64,000 nucleotides of DNA from Gammaproteobacteria bacterium (GCA_050298595.1 JBNKUM010000100.1:1-64000); one strand, 5' to 3'; positions 25,774 through 39,175 are shown, numbered from the stretch's first letter. The notes: a model not told the origin generated them from the sequence alone. Numbers and translations are program-made.

Positions 25774-28578
25774 TCAGGAGGTCATTTCCTCGCTGTAGAA
25801 CAGGTAGGCGTTACGTCCGCCCTCCTTGACATGATACATGGCAGTATCTGCATTGCGTAGAATCTCGTCTGCGTCTTTTCCATGCTGCGGGAAAAGGCTA
25901 ATGCCTATGCTGCAGGATGCGAAAATCTCTTTGCCTTTAATAAGTATGGGGTGCTGGAATTTTTTCATCAGCTTGTCTATGACGGTCTCTGCATCCTGAG
26001 GGCTATTCATATCTTCCAGTATCATGACAAATTCATCTCCGCTGATTCTTGCAACCGTGTCCCCGTCTCGTACTTCCTGCTTTAATCGAATACTCACCTC
26101 TTGAAGCAGCTCATCCCCAGCGTGATGACCCAGAGTGTCGTTGATATTTTTAAATCGATCCAGATCGATAAAGGCTACCGCTAAACTCGTATTATGTCTT
26201 TTAGCCTGGCGGATGCTTTGTTTTAGGCGTTCATCAAATAGTAAGCGATTGGGCAGGTCAGTTAATGCGTCGTGGTGTGCCAGATAATCCAGTCTTTGCT
26301 GCGTTTGTTTAATGGATGTGATGTCAGAAAAAGCGGCAACATAACCCTGTGTTTCTCCATTGTCGTCAGGAATTGAACTGATGTGCAGGAGTTGAGGGTA
26401 TATCGCACCATCCTTGCTGCGGTTCCAGATTTCGCCTTTCCACTTTCCGCTTTTAGAAATAGATTTCCACATGTCATGATAAAATTTCGCATCATGTTTT
26501 TCTGATTTCAGCATATTTGGGTTTTTACCTATAGCCTCTTCGCGACTATACCCGGTTATTTCTGTGAACGACTGGTTGACATCCAGAATGATAGGCGTCA
26601 GATCAGTAATAATAATGCCTTCATAGGCGCTGGAAAATACCGTTGCCGCCTGTTTCAGTTTGGCGTTGATGGCTCTTTCCTCGTTGATGTTGGTGGAAAT
26701 CCCAAAGCGAACCATGCGTTGATCGTCCCACTCAATGGCTTTATCTACGCAGCGATACCAATTCCCGGTGAGTGGATTCTGGTATTCCCATGTATAGCTT
26801 TTACCCAGGTTTTCACCGAATATCTTGTCGTTGGTGCAGAATGAGCAGGGGGCGTTTTTCCCCTGTATTACCTGATAACACTTTTTACCGAAGGGTTCCC
26901 CCCAAATTTTTTTAAATTGAGGGTTAATATAGAGAAGTTCGTAAGTTTCTGGATCAGCAACATAGATGAAATCTTCACGACTCTCAAACATAGCGCTGAG
27001 CTGAATGTTACTTCTAGCGAGAGCTCGTTCAGATTGTTTAAGCTTGGTGATGTCGACAAAAGAGATAACGACTTCCGACACCTTGCCCTGATTATTGTAG
27101 ATAGGCATGCCGTTAACTAATAGCCAGGTGGTTGAAGGTTGATTTGTTTCTCCTAGTCCAATGACGTAGTCTTTTAAAGGGCGCCCGGATTCAATCACTC
27201 TCTTGACTGGATAATCTTTCAGCACCAGTCGTTTTCCAACACTGTCAGTGAATTGCCATTGTGTATCCTCGGCTGTGGAACCAATCATTTGTTGGCTCAC
27301 CAGGCCTAGAATTTGATTGGCTTTAGTATTGCTCAATAAAATCGAAGTATCAGCAGCATGTACAACAACGCCTGCATGCAGGCTATCGAAAAGGCTGCTG
27401 AGCCGATCTGTAGTCTTTTTCAATTGATGAGTACGCTCATTAATGTGTTCTTCCTGAAGTAGCAGGGTCTGTTCCAGCTCATGCGTCAAGGACTGATTCT
27501 GTCGCATCTTCAGAATCAATAAAATCATCATGATGCCCTGAATAACAATGACGGTGATGCCGATAATGATCTCGTATAAATGTGCCTCTAATAGCGTTGA
27601 TTGCTTACCTATAAGCTCGATTTGTGGCGGAAGCTTAGTGATATCAATGCCGTGTTTCCGCAATAAATTCCAGTCAAATAGCAGGGTGCTTTTTGCGGGT
27701 ACAATGCGTGGTGGATTAAAGGGTCCTGACTTTAGAGCTAACAGACCCTCCTGTAGCATTTGAATGCCTACATCTTCACCTTTTGCGACCATGCCGCCAG
27801 TGGCACCAGAGCCAATCATGGTTTCATGAAAAGCAAAGATGGGAAAAGAAGCGACTTTGGATATTTTTTCCAGAGCGGACTCAGGAATCATGCGATTGCC
27901 TTCGCCATCACTAAAAATCAGGCTATAGAAGCCAACTGAGTCACTGGGCAGGGAGGCAACTTCAGTCAACAGTTGAGAGAATGGCATATCTATTCGTTCA
28001 ACAGGTATATCAAGATCGGGTGGAAGACTGTTTTCAACCATGTCCATGGATAACCTGGAACCGGGGTGCGTGGTATCACCAATCAGGTAGATTTGATTTG
28101 GTTTAACGGCTGATAAGGCTATATCGATGGTGCGTGGCATATTCTGTGCGTATTCGATGAAGCTATAGGCCAGTGGTTTATGGTTTTCTGGAACAGATCT
28201 GGTTTCACCAACCATCGGTATATCCGGCATTAGTGGATAGATATAGTTATTGTAAAAATCGAAGATAACGGGGGAGCCTGATACCAGAATGAGGTCAGGC
28301 TTACTGTTTAGAAACTGTTCGGCCCTGGTGCTAAAGTAATTGTGAAGCTTATGGGGGTCAGTGAAACGTTGATCTTCAATCGACTGAATATCAAGCAGGA
28401 TAGTATTGGATTGCCTGGCACCCTCAAAGGCCAGACCATCGATTTTTGATTTAACGTAGGGGTAGGTAACATCCAGTGAAACTAATACCAGCACGCGAAT
28501 CTCTTGATCTGCCTGTAACGGAAGGGCTATGCCTATCAACAGCACGAGCCCAAGTGCGGAGAGTTTTATATGTCCCAT
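25774..28578 (-). CDS. Membrane sensor with periplasmic ligand-binding region, PAS domains and a GGDEF-family domain
   Basis: Signal/TM segments, three PAS-like segments, HDALTDLPNR, DLDRFK.INDTLGH and SGDEF. Confidence 0.92.
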   Translation of the reverse strand: MGHIKLSALGLVLLIGIALPLQADQEIRVLVLVSLDVTYPYVKSKIDGLAFEGARQSNTILLDIQSIEDQRFTDPHKLHNYFSTRAEQFLNSKPDLILVSGSPVIFDFYNNYIYPLMPDIPMVGETRSVPENHKPLAYSFIEYAQNMPRTIDIALSAVKPNQIYLIGDTTHPGSRLSMDMVENSLPPDLDIPVERIDMPFSQLLTEVASLPSDSVGFYSLIFSDGEGNRMIPESALEKISKVASFPIFAFHETMIGSGATGGMVAKGEDVGIQMLQEGLLALKSGPFNPPRIVPAKSTLLFDWNLLRKHGIDITKLPPQIELIGKQSTLLEAHLYEIIIGITVIVIQGIMMILLILKMRQNQSLTHELEQTLLLQEEHINERTHQLKKTTDRLSSLFDSLHAGVVVHAADTSILLSNTKANQILGLVSQQMIGSTAEDTQWQFTDSVGKRLVLKDYPVKRVIESGRPLKDYVIGLGETNQPSTTWLLVNGMPIYNNQGKVSEVVISFVDITKLKQSERALARSNIQLSAMFESREDFIYVADPETYELLYINPQFKKIWGEPFGKKCYQVIQGKNAPCSFCTNDKIFGENLGKSYTWEYQNPLTGNWYRCVDKAIEWDDQRMVRFGISTNINEERAINAKLKQAATVFSSAYEGIIITDLTPIILDVNQSFTEITGYSREEAIGKNPNMLKSEKHDAKFYHDMWKSISKSGKWKGEIWNRSKDGAIYPQLLHISSIPDDNGETQGYVAAFSDITSIKQTQQRLDYLAHHDALTDLPNRLLFDERLKQSIRQAKRHNTSLAVAFIDLDRFKNINDTLGHHAGDELLQEVSIRLKQEVRDGDTVARISGDEFVMILEDMNSPQDAETVIDKLMKKFQHPILIKGKEIFASCSIGISLFPQHGKDADEILRNADTAMYHVKEGGRNAYLFYSEEMTS

Positions 28579-28848
28579 ATGAATACATTATTACCCAGGA
28601 ACTGAATCCTTTGATTTAGAATAATGCGCCCGTATTGTTCGCCAGAAGGGTGTTTTAACTTCGGCCCTAAAATATATCTTAGATTAGTTTGCTCGAATTT
28701 CCTGTTTAAATGTTTTTATAAAGCGCTGAAGGCTGGGAACGTATTGTTGCATATAACGCAATTATGTTTCTTATAAATTTACCTTTATACCGATAAATAA
28801 AACAAATAGATTTTGATTATCTTGTTAAAAATCGAGGAGAGCATAGTT

Positions 28849-29550
28849 ATGTTAACGGTCAGAAGAGCAGGCGAACGCGGTCACTTCAAGAATGAGTGGC
28901 TGGATAGTAATCATACATTTTCATTTGGTGAATATCATGATCCGCAGCATATGGGCGTATCAGTACTGCGTGTGATCAATGATGATCGAGTTATTCCGGG
29001 GGCGGGATTCCCCACCCATCCGCATAACAATATGGAAATTGTAAGTTATGTTCTTGAGGGTGAGCTTGCACATAAAGATAGCATGGGTAATGGCAGCGTC
29101 ATTCGACCGGGAGATGTACAACGCATGTCCGCTGGAACAGGCATAACGCATTCTGAGTTTAATCCGTCAGATCAAAACGCTACACACTTTTTACAGATCT
29201 GGTTACTGCCAGATAGGCGTGGAGTCACCCCAGGCTACGAGCAAAAGTTTTTTAGTGTAGAAGATAAGCAGGGGCAATTCAGGTTGCTGGTTTCTCAGGA
29301 TGGTCGGGATGGTTCGATTAGTGCAAATAGCGATGTATTGTTATATGGGGCCGTAGTGGATCGGTCGCAGCAGTTAAGCTACGAAGTTAAAAGCAATAGA
29401 GTAGTGTATGTGCATGTGGCAAAAGGCAGTGTCAGTATAAACGGAGAATCACTTGGTGCAGGGGATGGAATCACGATTGAAGGAGAGCTTGCTGTAAAGT
29501 TACTGGGCACAAATGAGGCGGAGGTGCTGTTGTTTGATTTACCCGGGTAA
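28849..29550 (+). CDS. yhhW: Pirin family protein (YhhW-like)
   Basis: HTFSF, GFPTHPH, MSAGTGITHSE and FLQIW; ATG 28849 has RBS GAGGAG. Confidence 0.92.
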   Translation: MLTVRRAGERGHFKNEWLDSNHTFSFGEYHDPQHMGVSVLRVINDDRVIPGAGFPTHPHNNMEIVSYVLEGELAHKDSMGNGSVIRPGDVQRMSAGTGITHSEFNPSDQNATHFLQIWLLPDRRGVTPGYEQKFFSVEDKQGQFRLLVSQDGRDGSISANSDVLLYGAVVDRSQQLSYEVKSNRVVYVHVAKGSVSINGESLGAGDGITIEGELAVKLLGTNEAEVLLFDLPG

Positions 29551-29858
29551 AAGTTAGGGCACCTCTCGAACCAGAAAGAATTGAGCTATCAAGACCATAA
29601 AGGATAAATCTGGGGAACTTTATTCGTTTTCAATGTGGCTTCTGAGGTAAGACTGTTTTATCCTACACGGTTCTGTTTGCTGGCCAGGAAATAGTCAGCT
29701 ACGTATTAAGTGTGTTTTCGCCTCAGCGGCTACTGATTCTGTTTCCCGCAGAATGGCTTATAGCCCCGCTGACAAGTTACGGCGAAACTTTTTAAATTTC
29801 TCATCTGTTGAGCCGAGATGCTTCTTGCAACCCGGTACGGATTTGTTGAGGTTAGTGT

Positions 29859-32800
29859 ATGAACCAGTCAGGATTGCCTCCAAAACAGGGCCTATATGAC
29901 CCTGCTAATGAGCATGATGCCTGTGGCGTAGGATTTGTTGCCAATATTAAGGGTGTTAAAAGTCACGATATCGTAAGTCAGGGATTACAGATCCTGGACC
30001 GATTAACCCATCGCGGTGCTGTTGGAGCCGATCCTCTGGCAGGCGATGGTGCTGGTATTTTGTTACAGATACCCGATGAATTCTTCCGTGCAGAGTCCGG
30101 TATTACGCTGCCAGAGTATGGTTCGTATGCGGTTGGTATGGTATTTTTGCCCCAAAATGATGCATCTCGACAGCAGGCGCAGGATCAGTTGGCTCGCCTG
30201 GTAGAAGAAGAGGGGCAGTCTGTGCTGGGCTGGCGTGATGTTCCTGTTGATAACAGTGGTCTCGGAGAGAGTGTGCTGCCGCTTGAGCCGGTAGTACAGC
30301 AGGTTTTCATCGGGCGTGGTGATAGTTGTGCCGATCAGGATGCCTTCGAACGCAAATTATTTGTCATCCGTAAGCAGATAGACAGGCAAATCCGCATGTC
30401 GAATCTGGAAGGCTGTGAAACCTTCTATATTACCTCTCTGTCTTCTCGCACCATTACCTATAAAGGTATGTTGCTGGCTGGACAGGTTGGAGAATATTTT
30501 GCCGATCTGAGTGACCCCCGTGTTAAATCTGCATTGGCGCTGGTGCACCAGCGTTTCTCCACCAATACCTTTCCAACCTGGGATCTGGCACAGCCATTTC
30601 GCATGATCGCGCATAATGGTGAAATTAATACCTTACGCGGTAACGTAAACTGGATGGCCGCTCGTCGTCATACCATGGCGTCCAGTATTCTGGGCGAAGA
30701 TCTGTCCAAGGTCTGGCCATTAATCCCCGAAGGCCAGTCTGATTCAGCATGTTTTGATAATGCGCTGGAATTACTGGTTTCCGGTGGTTATTCACTGGCA
30801 CATGCCATGATGATGCTGATACCGGAAGCCTGGTCAGGAAATCCCTTAATGGATCAGGATAGGCGCGCTTTTTATGAATACCATGCTGCCCTGATGGAGC
30901 CCTGGGATGGCCCTGCAGCGGTTGCTTTTACTGATGGACGTCAGATTGGTGCAACGCTAGATCGTAATGGTCTGCGTCCAGCACGTTATCTGGTGACCAG
31001 CGATGATTTAATCGTGATGGCATCTGAAATGGGTGTACTGGATATTCCAGAAGAAAAAATCGTCAAAAAATGGCGTCTGCAACCGGGCAAGATGTTTCTG
31101 GCCGACCTGGAAACCGGACGTATCATTGACGATTCGGAGATTAAGGCGGAGCTCAGTTCATCTCACCCCTACCAGAAATGGCTGGATCAAACCCAGATCT
31201 ATCTGAACCGACTGCCTTCCAGTGTACCGCCGATGGCACCTCAGGGTGCAACCTTGCTGCGCTGTCAGCAGAACTTTGGCTATACCTCTGAAGATCTGAA
31301 ATTTCTGCTGCTGCCGATGGTGCTAACCGGTCAGGAAGCCACCGGTTCAATGGGAACAGATACGCCTCCCTCGGTGCTGTCGCTGCGCGCAAAACATTTG
31401 TCGACCTATTTTAAACAGAATTTTGCCCAGGTTACGAACCCTCCTATCGATCCTATCCGTGAAGAACTGGTCATGTCGTTGGTGTCGCTGATCGGGCCAC
31501 GACCTAATCTGCTGGGTTTCGATGAAGCAGGCACGCATAAGCGTCTGGAAGTTGACCAGCCTGTATTGACTAATAAGGATCTGGAGCGTATCCGTCATGT
31601 TGAAACCTATTCGGGCGGTGCTTTTCGTGTACAAACTATAGCGATTACCTATCCGGCAGAGCAGGGGGCAGCCGGTATGAAGGATGCACTGGACCAGTTA
31701 TGTGCCAGGGCTGAATCAGTAGTGTACGAAGGCTTTAATATTATCATCCTGTCTGATCGTTCAGTGAATGCCGACAATGTTGCTATTCCTGTATTACTGG
31801 CCACATCCGCAGTCCATCAGCATCTGATTAGAAAAGGGCTGCGTACGCGTTCGGGTCTGGTGGTGGAAACAGGTGGAGCCCTTGAGGTTCATCATTTTGC
31901 GACATTGGCGGGTTATGGCGCCGAGGCAATCAACCCTTATCTGGCTTTCGATACCATTCCGATGTTGAAGGATGAATTTCCTGATGACCTGACCTTTGAT
32001 GAAGCCCAGTCGCGTTACATCAAGGCGATTGGTAAAGGATTGAAGAAGGTTATGTCGAAGATGGGTATCTCTACCTATCAGTCTTACTGTGGCGCGCAGA
32101 TTTTTGATGCCGTGGGTCTGTCATCCGAATTTGTTGAACAGTATTTTACTGGCACAGCGACCCGCATTGAGGGTATAGGTCTGGCTGAAGTGGCGGATGA
32201 TACCCTGCGCTGGCACGACAAGGGTTATGGCAATGCGATGATTTATCAGCAACATCTTGATGTAGGTGGTGACTATGCCTACAGGCTGAGAGGTGAAGAT
32301 CATGTGTGGACGCCAGAAACCATTTCGAAATTACAGCATGCGACGCGTAAGAATGACTGGTCGACCTTCGAGCAATATTCAAAAGCCATTAATGAGCAGG
32401 ACAGGCTGTTACTGACCTTGCGTGGATTATTCGAATTCAATTTCGATGCTACAGCCGTGCCGCTAGAGGAAGTTGAACCGGCCAAAGAAATCGTCAAACG
32501 CTTTGCCACCGGAGCGATGTCTTTCGGTTCTATCTCTGCCGAAGCGCATTCGACGCTCGCGATTGCGATGAATTCTATCGGTGGCAAGTCGAATACCGGT
32601 GAAGGTGGAGAAGAGGTAGAACGTTTTGCACCTCTGCCAGATGGCAGCATGAACCCCATGCGTTCGGCTATCAAACAGGTTGCTTCCGGACGTTTTGGTG
32701 TAACCACTGAATATCTGGTGAACTCTGACGATATACAGATCAAGATGGCACAGGGTGCCAAGCCGGGTGAAGGTGGTCAGTTGCCGGGTCATAAAGTTAA

Positions 32801-34499
32801 TCAGCAGATTGCACGGGTGCGTCATTCGACTCAGGGTGTTGGTCTGATTTCACCACCACCGCATCACGATATCTACTCAATCGAGGATCTGGCGCAACTA
32901 ATCCATGATCTGAAAAATGTACAACCTGCTGCGCGCATCAGCGTGAAGCTGGTTTCCGAGGTGGGTGTAGGTACGGTTGCTGCAGGTGTTTCCAAGGCGC
33001 ATGCCGATCATGTCACGATCTCGGGTTACGATGGTGGCACCGGCGCAAGCCCTCTGACTTCGCTCAAGCATGCCGGTTCCCCCTGGGAAATCGGGCTGGC
33101 TGAAACCCATCAGACACTGGTATTGAATCGTCTGCGTAGTCGTATTGCGGTACAGGTCGATGGTGGTCTGCGAACTGGACGTGATGTCGTGATAGGTGCC
33201 TTACTGGGTGCTGATGAATTTGGTTTTGCCACGGCGCCGCTGATTGTAGAAGGCTGCCTGATGATGCGTAAGTGCCATCTCAATACCTGTCCGGTGGGAG
33301 TCGCTACTCAGGATCCTGAACTGCGTCGCCGCTTTACCGGCAAGCCCGAGCATGTGGTGAATTATTTCTTCTTCGTTGCAGAAGAGGTGCGCCGTCTAAT
33401 GGCCAGTCTGGGGTATCGAAAATTCGAAGACATGATTGGTCAGGTAGATCGTCTGGATATGCGTAAGGCGATACAGCATTCTAAAGCCAGTGGACTGGAT
33501 TACAGTAGCCTGCTGTATAAGCCGCAGGCGTCTGAAGGTGACTCTATCTATCATACTGAAGCACAGGATCACGGGCTTGATCAGGCTCTGGATAATGAAT
33601 TGATCCGTCAGGCTCAGCCCGCACTGGAAAAGGGCGAAGCGGTCAGGATTGATATCGATATCCATAACTACAACCGAACCTTTGGCACCATGTTGTCAGG
33701 TCGTCTGGCCGAGAAATATGGCCATGCAGGATTGCCCGATGATACGGTTTACATCAAGGCCAAAGGCACAGCCGGTCAATCATTAGGCGCCTGGTTAACC
33801 CAGGGTGTGACCATTGAGCTGGAAGGTGAAGGTAATGACTATGTTGGCAAGGGGCTGTCTGGTGGTCGTCTGGTGATCTACCCACCCAGAGAATCTGCAA
33901 TTGGCAAGGCTGAAGAGAATATCATAGTCGGTAATACCGTCATGTATGGTGCAATCTGTGGTGAAAGTTATTTCAACGGCGTCGCCGGTGAGCGCTTCTG
34001 TGTGCGTAACTCGGGTGCAACGGCCGTGGTTGAGGGTGTCGGTGATCATGGTTGTGAATACATGACTGGTGGTGTCGTAGTTTGTCTGGGATCAACGGGT
34101 CGTAACTTCGCAGCTGGTATGTCGGGCGGTATCGCCTATGTACTCGATACAGCCGGTGATTTCGAGCAACGTTGTAATCTGGCCCAGGTCGAACTTGAAC
34201 CGATCGAAGAAGAAGATATTGCGCTGGAGAAACTGGATCATCAGGGCGGTGATCTGGAAACGCATGGTCGCGTCGATGTCAGTCACGATATGACACGCTT
34301 TGATGCAATCCGCCTCAAGCAGTTGATCGAGAATCATCAGCATTACACCAATAGTAGTGTCGCTGCGAATATCCTTGAAAACTGGGATGAATACCTGCCC
34401 AGATTTGTCAAGGTCATGCCGGTCGAATATCGTCGTGCCTTGAAGGAGATGCAATTACGTCAACAAGCCACCACAGATGCTGTTACAGGAGGCCAATAA
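29859..34499 (+). CDS. gltB: Glutamate synthase large subunit
   Basis: [35 protein letters not shown] and CHLNTC. Confidence 0.98.
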   Translation: MNQSGLPPKQGLYDPANEHDACGVGFVANIKGVKSHDIVSQGLQILDRLTHRGAVGADPLAGDGAGILLQIPDEFFRAESGITLPEYGSYAVGMVFLPQNDASRQQAQDQLARLVEEEGQSVLGWRDVPVDNSGLGESVLPLEPVVQQVFIGRGDSCADQDAFERKLFVIRKQIDRQIRMSNLEGCETFYITSLSSRTITYKGMLLAGQVGEYFADLSDPRVKSALALVHQRFSTNTFPTWDLAQPFRMIAHNGEINTLRGNVNWMAARRHTMASSILGEDLSKVWPLIPEGQSDSACFDNALELLVSGGYSLAHAMMMLIPEAWSGNPLMDQDRRAFYEYHAALMEPWDGPAAVAFTDGRQIGATLDRNGLRPARYLVTSDDLIVMASEMGVLDIPEEKIVKKWRLQPGKMFLADLETGRIIDDSEIKAELSSSHPYQKWLDQTQIYLNRLPSSVPPMAPQGATLLRCQQNFGYTSEDLKFLLLPMVLTGQEATGSMGTDTPPSVLSLRAKHLSTYFKQNFAQVTNPPIDPIREELVMSLVSLIGPRPNLLGFDEAGTHKRLEVDQPVLTNKDLERIRHVETYSGGAFRVQTIAITYPAEQGAAGMKDALDQLCARAESVVYEGFNIIILSDRSVNADNVAIPVLLATSAVHQHLIRKGLRTRSGLVVETGGALEVHHFATLAGYGAEAINPYLAFDTIPMLKDEFPDDLTFDEAQSRYIKAIGKGLKKVMSKMGISTYQSYCGAQIFDAVGLSSEFVEQYFTGTATRIEGIGLAEVADDTLRWHDKGYGNAMIYQQHLDVGGDYAYRLRGEDHVWTPETISKLQHATRKNDWSTFEQYSKAINEQDRLLLTLRGLFEFNFDATAVPLEEVEPAKEIVKRFATGAMSFGSISAEAHSTLAIAMNSIGGKSNTGEGGEEVERFAPLPDGSMNPMRSAIKQVASGRFGVTTEYLVNSDDIQIKMAQGAKPGEGGQLPGHKVNQQIARVRHSTQGVGLISPPPHHDIYSIEDLAQLIHDLKNVQPAARISVKLVSEVGVGTVAAGVSKAHADHVTISGYDGGTGASPLTSLKHAGSPWEIGLAETHQTLVLNRLRSRIAVQVDGGLRTGRDVVIGALLGADEFGFATAPLIVEGCLMMRKCHLNTCPVGVATQDPELRRRFTGKPEHVVNYFFFVAEEVRRLMASLGYRKFEDMIGQVDRLDMRKAIQHSKASGLDYSSLLYKPQASEGDSIYHTEAQDHGLDQALDNELIRQAQPALEKGEAVRIDIDIHNYNRTFGTMLSGRLAEKYGHAGLPDDTVYIKAKGTAGQSLGAWLTQGVTIELEGEGNDYVGKGLSGGRLVIYPPRESAIGKAEENIIVGNTVMYGAICGESYFNGVAGERFCVRNSGATAVVEGVGDHGCEYMTGGVVVCLGSTGRNFAAGMSGGIAYVLDTAGDFEQRCNLAQVELEPIEEEDIALEKLDHQGGDLETHGRVDVSHDMTRFDAIRLKQLIENHQHYTNSSVAANILENWDEYLPRFVKVMPVEYRRALKEMQLRQQATTDAVTGGQ

Positions 34500-34501
34500 T
34501 C

Positions 34502-35956
34502 ATGGGTAAGCCAACAGGTTTCATGGAATACGATCGTCAGGACCGCACATACGGACCGGTAGGCGACCGTCTTAATCATTACAATGAGTTTGTTATTGAA
34601 CTGTCTCCCAGTGAGATGAATCAACAGGCTGCGCGTTGTATGGATTGTGGAATACCTTTCTGCCATTGCGGTTGTCCAGTGAATAACATCATCCCCGACT
34701 GGAATGATCTGGTGTATAAGGGGCAGTGGCAGGAAGCGATCTCTTTACTGCACTCAACCAATAACTTCCCTGAGTTTACTGGCCGCATCTGCCCCGCGCC
34801 GTGTGAGGCTTCCTGTACGCTAAACATTCAGGATGCTCCGGTAACGATCAAAACGATTGAATGCGCTATCGTTGATCATGCCTGGCAGGAAGGCTGGATA
34901 CAGCCAGAGGTGGCTGAACACAGAACCGATAAAAAGATTGCTGTAGTTGGCTCAGGACCAGCAGGTATGGCCGCTTCACAACAACTTGCGCGTGCCGGTC
35001 ATCTGGCGATCCTGTTTGAAAAGGAAGATCAGATTGGTGGTCTTTTGCGCTACGGTATCCCTGATTTTAAACTCAACAAAAAGCTCATTGATCGCCGTAT
35101 GGGCCAGATGCGTACCGAAGGGGTGAAATTCCGCTGTAATACCCATATCGGTGTGGATGTGCCTGCGCAAACCCTGCTGGATGATTTTGATGCGGTGATA
35201 CTAGCGGGTGGTTCTGAAGTACCACGCGACCTGGCTGTACCAGGTCGAGAGTTGAAAGGCGTACATTTTGCCATGGATTTTCTACGCGCTAACAGCAAGG
35301 TGATACAGGATAGACCCGAAGCCTTAGATCATTTAATCAGTGCTACCGGTAAACATGTGGTGGTGATTGGTGGTGGTGATACCGGCTCTGATTGTATTGG
35401 CACATCCAATCGTCATGGCGCGTTATCGGTCACCCAGATTGAAATCATGCCACAACCGCCGGAGAAAGAAGATAAAAGCATTACCTGGCCCGAATGGCCC
35501 AACAAGATGCGTACCTCCAGTTCGCAGGAAGAGGGCTGTGAACGCATGTGGTCTGTGGCCACCAAAGCGTTTATCGATGACGGTGAGGGCAATGTGAAAG
35601 CCGTACAATGCATCAGGGTTGAATGGAGCCAGGATGATCAGGGACGCTGGAATATGTCTGAGGTCGCGGGTTCTGAATTCGAACTTCAGGCCGACCTGGT
35701 GACTCTGGCTATGGGCTTTGTACATCCGGTGCATGCTGGCATGCTGGAGCAACTGGGAGTGGATCTGGATGCGCGTGGTAATGTTGCTGCAACTACAGAA
35801 GGTGAAGGTTGTTACCAGACTTCAGTACCTCAGGTGTTTACTGCCGGTGATATGCGCAGAGGCCAGTCGCTGGTGGTGTGGGCTATCCGTGAAGGACGCC
35901 AGTGCGCACGTGCGGTGGATGAGTATCTGATGGGGCAGAGCGACCTGCCTGCCTGA
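34502..35956 (+). CDS. gltD: Glutamate synthase small subunit
   Basis: [23 protein letters not shown] and [14 protein letters not shown]. Confidence 0.98.
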   Translation: MGKPTGFMEYDRQDRTYGPVGDRLNHYNEFVIELSPSEMNQQAARCMDCGIPFCHCGCPVNNIIPDWNDLVYKGQWQEAISLLHSTNNFPEFTGRICPAPCEASCTLNIQDAPVTIKTIECAIVDHAWQEGWIQPEVAEHRTDKKIAVVGSGPAGMAASQQLARAGHLAILFEKEDQIGGLLRYGIPDFKLNKKLIDRRMGQMRTEGVKFRCNTHIGVDVPAQTLLDDFDAVILAGGSEVPRDLAVPGRELKGVHFAMDFLRANSKVIQDRPEALDHLISATGKHVVVIGGGDTGSDCIGTSNRHGALSVTQIEIMPQPPEKEDKSITWPEWPNKMRTSSSQEEGCERMWSVATKAFIDDGEGNVKAVQCIRVEWSQDDQGRWNMSEVAGSEFELQADLVTLAMGFVHPVHAGMLEQLGVDLDARGNVAATTEGEGCYQTSVPQVFTAGDMRRGQSLVVWAIREGRQCARAVDEYLMGQSDLPA

Positions 35957-35990
35957 GGTAAAGTGTAAATCTTTATCCGATGTGCTTCAG

Positions 35991-36017
35991 ACCGCCAGCA
36001 AAAAAGCTGGCGGTTTT
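35991..36017. terminator. Terminator hairpin between convergent gltD and zwf
   Basis: ACCGCCAGC-AAAAAA-GCTGGCGGT-TTT. Confidence 0.8.
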
Positions 36018-36030
36018 GCTTATGAGCGAG

Positions 36031-37527
36031 TTAATCACACTCATAACAATTCTCTATCTCCAGACTATGCCGCCATTGCTGCTCAGCCTTATCGAAAATT
36101 CTGCGGCTTTCTTTTGGCCCCCAACTGCCAGCCGGGTAGGTGTGTATATAGTCCCGTTCTGTTGACCAGCTACGCAAAATCGGGTCAACCACAGCCCACA
36201 GATATTCCACTTCATCGTAACGCAGAAAAAGTGAGCGGTCGCCTTCGATGACATCGAGCAGTAAATCTTCGTAGGCATCGGTTTTTTGTTCGCCTAAATG
36301 GTGAAAGCTGGCATCAAGTGAGGTTTGACGGGTTTTCATTTCCAGACCGGGTTCTTTCACGGTCATTTGCATACGTAGGCTATCTTCGGGCTGGATGCCT
36401 AAAATAACCCAGTTACGATGCATTTGTTCAACATTGGTGTGTCTGAAAAATTGCTTGGGTGGTTTACGAAAACAGATAGAAACAGATGACTGATCTTTAG
36501 CCATTGCCTTGCCTGTGCGCAAATAAATGGGTACACCTCGCCAGCGCCAGTTGTCTATATAGATTTTTAGGGCGGCATAGGTTTCGGTGACACTTTCCGA
36601 GGATATATTGTCTTCCTCTCGGTAACCCTTAACTGTTTTACCATTTACCTGACCTTTCGTGTACTGGGCACGAAAGCTATGGGCATCAACAGCATTCTGT
36701 GGAATTGGGCGTATGGATTTAAGTACCTTAACTTTTTCATCACGTAATGACTCTGCTTCCATATCGACTGGAGGTTCCATGGTTACCAGCGTTAACAGCT
36801 GCAGAAGGTGTGATTGAATCATGTCGCGCATAGCGCCGGTACCATCGTAAAAATTGCCACGACTACCGACGCCAAAACTTTCTGAATGGGTGATTTGAAT
36901 ATGATCGATATAATTTCGATTCCATAGAGGTTCCATCATTACATTGGCGAAACGAAAAACCAGCACGTTTTGCACGGTTCCCTTACCCAGATAGTGGTCA
37001 ATGCGGTAAATCTGATCTTCAGTGAGGTATCGAGATAATCGGTGATGTAGGGCTTTGGCACTTTCCAGGTTATAGCCAAAAGGTTTTTCAACAACAACGC
37101 GTTTCCATCCATGTGTCTCATCCATCAAGTTCGCCTTGCTGAGGTTTTCTACCACCAGACCAAATTCAGCCGGGCGAATTGACATATAGTAAATGACATT
37201 GCCTGGGTAGGTGCAATCGGCACATAGCTCTTTTTCAAGTCTCTGGTACATATCAAAATCATTTAAATCACCCTCAAAGTAATCGATACGCTCTGCAAAG
37301 CGTTTAAACAGGGTTTCATCGATACCACCTCGCGCCTTGACCTCAACCCATTGATGGATTTGCTCAATGCAATAATCCTGTGTCCAGTCGCGCCGTCCGA
37401 TAAATATGATGCGTGTTTGATCTGACAATTTTGCGGCACAATCAAGATGATACAGAGCGGGCATAAGCTTGAGTCGGGACAGGTTGCCTGTTGCGCCGAA
37501 AATGACATAGGTGCAGTGATCAATCAT
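36031..37527 (-). CDS. zwf: Glucose-6-phosphate 1-dehydrogenase
   Basis: GATGNL, EKPFG, RIDHYLGK and WRGVP.YLRTGK. Confidence 0.97.
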   Translation of the reverse strand: MIDHCTYVIFGATGNLSRLKLMPALYHLDCAAKLSDQTRIIFIGRRDWTQDYCIEQIHQWVEVKARGGIDETLFKRFAERIDYFEGDLNDFDMYQRLEKELCADCTYPGNVIYYMSIRPAEFGLVVENLSKANLMDETHGWKRVVVEKPFGYNLESAKALHHRLSRYLTEDQIYRIDHYLGKGTVQNVLVFRFANVMMEPLWNRNYIDHIQITHSESFGVGSRGNFYDGTGAMRDMIQSHLLQLLTLVTMEPPVDMEAESLRDEKVKVLKSIRPIPQNAVDAHSFRAQYTKGQVNGKTVKGYREEDNISSESVTETYAALKIYIDNWRWRGVPIYLRTGKAMAKDQSSVSICFRKPPKQFFRHTNVEQMHRNWVILGIQPEDSLRMQMTVKEPGLEMKTRQTSLDASFHHLGEQKTDAYEDLLLDVIEGDRSLFLRYDEVEYLWAVVDPILRSWSTERDYIHTYPAGSWGPKESRRIFDKAEQQWRHSLEIENCYECD

Positions 37528-37555
37528 AAGATTCTCGTAAAACTAAAGAGTAATG

Positions 37556-39004
37556 TTAAACATCGTAACGCGAAGATGAGACATCTCCGCCGCTTCCTGT
37601 CCAGTTGGTATGAAAGTATTCGCCACGCGGTTTATCGACGCGTTCGTAGGTGTGAGCACCAAAATAATCGCGCTGCGCCTGCAGCAGGTTAGCGGGTAAT
37701 CGGCCTCTACGGTAACCATCATAAAAGGAAAGCGCTGAGCTGAAGGTGGGAACGGGTATGCCGAGCTGTATCGCTAGTTGTACCGTTTTTCGCCAGCCGG
37801 GTTCTGCCTGTTTGATGGCGCTGCTAAAAAATGAATCCAGCAGCAGGTTTTCTAGCTGAGGATTTTTCTCATAAGCCTGTTTAATGTTTTTCAGAAAAGC
37901 ACTGCGAATAATACAGCCACCGCGCCACATCAGGGCTATGGCACCATAATCCAGTGTCCAGCCGTATTCCCTGGCTGCCTCTCGCATCAGCATAAAACCC
38001 TGAGCGTAGGAAATGATTTTAGAGGCATATAAGGCATCATGCAGATCGCTGATCACCTGTTTCTGATCGCCTGTCCATTCAACTGCCGGGCTTCCGAGCA
38101 CTGTCTCTGCTTTTACTCGCTCATCTTTGATGGCGGACAGGCAACGTGCAAATACGGCTTCTCCAATCAGGGTAAGCGGGATGCCCAGATCCAGTGCATT
38201 GATACCGGTCCATTTACCGGTGCCTTTCTGCCCGGCGCTATCCATGATTTTATCCAGTAACGGTGATCCATCTTCATCCTTGACCGGTAATATGTTGGCG
38301 GTGATTTCGATCAAGTAAGAGTCCAGTACACCCTGGTTCCACTCTGAAAATACATCATGCATGGCGTCAACATCGATACCGAGACCTTCACCCATTAAAT
38401 GATAGGCTTCACAGATGAGTTGCATGTCACCGTATTCAATGCCGTTATGCACCATCTTGACATAATGCCCTGAGCCTTCTTCGCCTACCCATTGGCAGCA
38501 GGCATCGCCATCTACTTTGGCTGAGATGGCCTGGAATATATCTTTTACATGAGGCCAGGCCTCAGGGTTGCCACCGGGCATGATAGAGGGACCGTGGCGC
38601 GCACCTTCTTCACCGCCGGAAACGCCACTACCTATATACAGCAAGCCCTGCTGTTCCAGTTCTTTACTGCGTCGTACCGTATCGGTAAACAGTGAGTTAC
38701 CGCCATCGATAATAATGTCACCTTTGTCCAGTAAAGGGATCAACTGCTGGATGAAGTGGTCAACCACTTCACCTGCCTTAACCATCAACATGACCTTGCG
38801 GGGTGATTTGAGTGATGCAATAAATGTCTCTAATGAATGAAACCCTGTGACATTGCTACCACTAGCGGCACCCGCAAGAAATTCATCTACCTTGTGTGTT
38901 GTTCGGTTGTAGACCGAGACCTTGAAACCATGATCATTCATATTCATGACCAGGTTCTGCCCCATCACAGCCAGACCGATTAAACCGATATCAGCATCAG
39001 ACAT
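37556..39004 (-). CDS. gnd: 6-phosphogluconate dehydrogenase, decarboxylating
   Basis: [22 protein letters not shown] and [10 protein letters not shown]. Confidence 0.97.
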   Translation of the reverse strand: MSDADIGLIGLAVMGQNLVMNMNDHGFKVSVYNRTTHKVDEFLAGAASGSNVTGFHSLETFIASLKSPRKVMLMVKAGEVVDHFIQQLIPLLDKGDIIIDGGNSLFTDTVRRSKELEQQGLLYIGSGVSGGEEGARHGPSIMPGGNPEAWPHVKDIFQAISAKVDGDACCQWVGEEGSGHYVKMVHNGIEYGDMQLICEAYHLMGEGLGIDVDAMHDVFSEWNQGVLDSYLIEITANILPVKDEDGSPLLDKIMDSAGQKGTGKWTGINALDLGIPLTLIGEAVFARCLSAIKDERVKAETVLGSPAVEWTGDQKQVISDLHDALYASKIISYAQGFMLMREAAREYGWTLDYGAIALMWRGGCIIRSAFLKNIKQAYEKNPQLENLLLDSFFSSAIKQAEPGWRKTVQLAIQLGIPVPTFSSALSFYDGYRRGRLPANLLQAQRDYFGAHTYERVDKPRGEYFHTNWTGSGGDVSSSRYDV

Positions 39005-39175
39005 TATTTATTCCTTTGGTTTACTTTTGATATCAGTATATGGGCTTTGTTATTCGGCGGGCAACCATTTAGATGATATTCAGGGGTACAAAATACAGCT
39101 CGAGCTGCTGGTCCCTCTTGCATTGATGGCCATTTTAATCCAGTCTTCAATCTGTAGATTATAGGTGATCAAATT

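Noticed and set aside
28747-28761. LysR-type box TTGC-N7-GCAA upstream of pirin
   Set aside because: Short motif in AT-rich DNA with no adjacent LysR gene; cannot be supported
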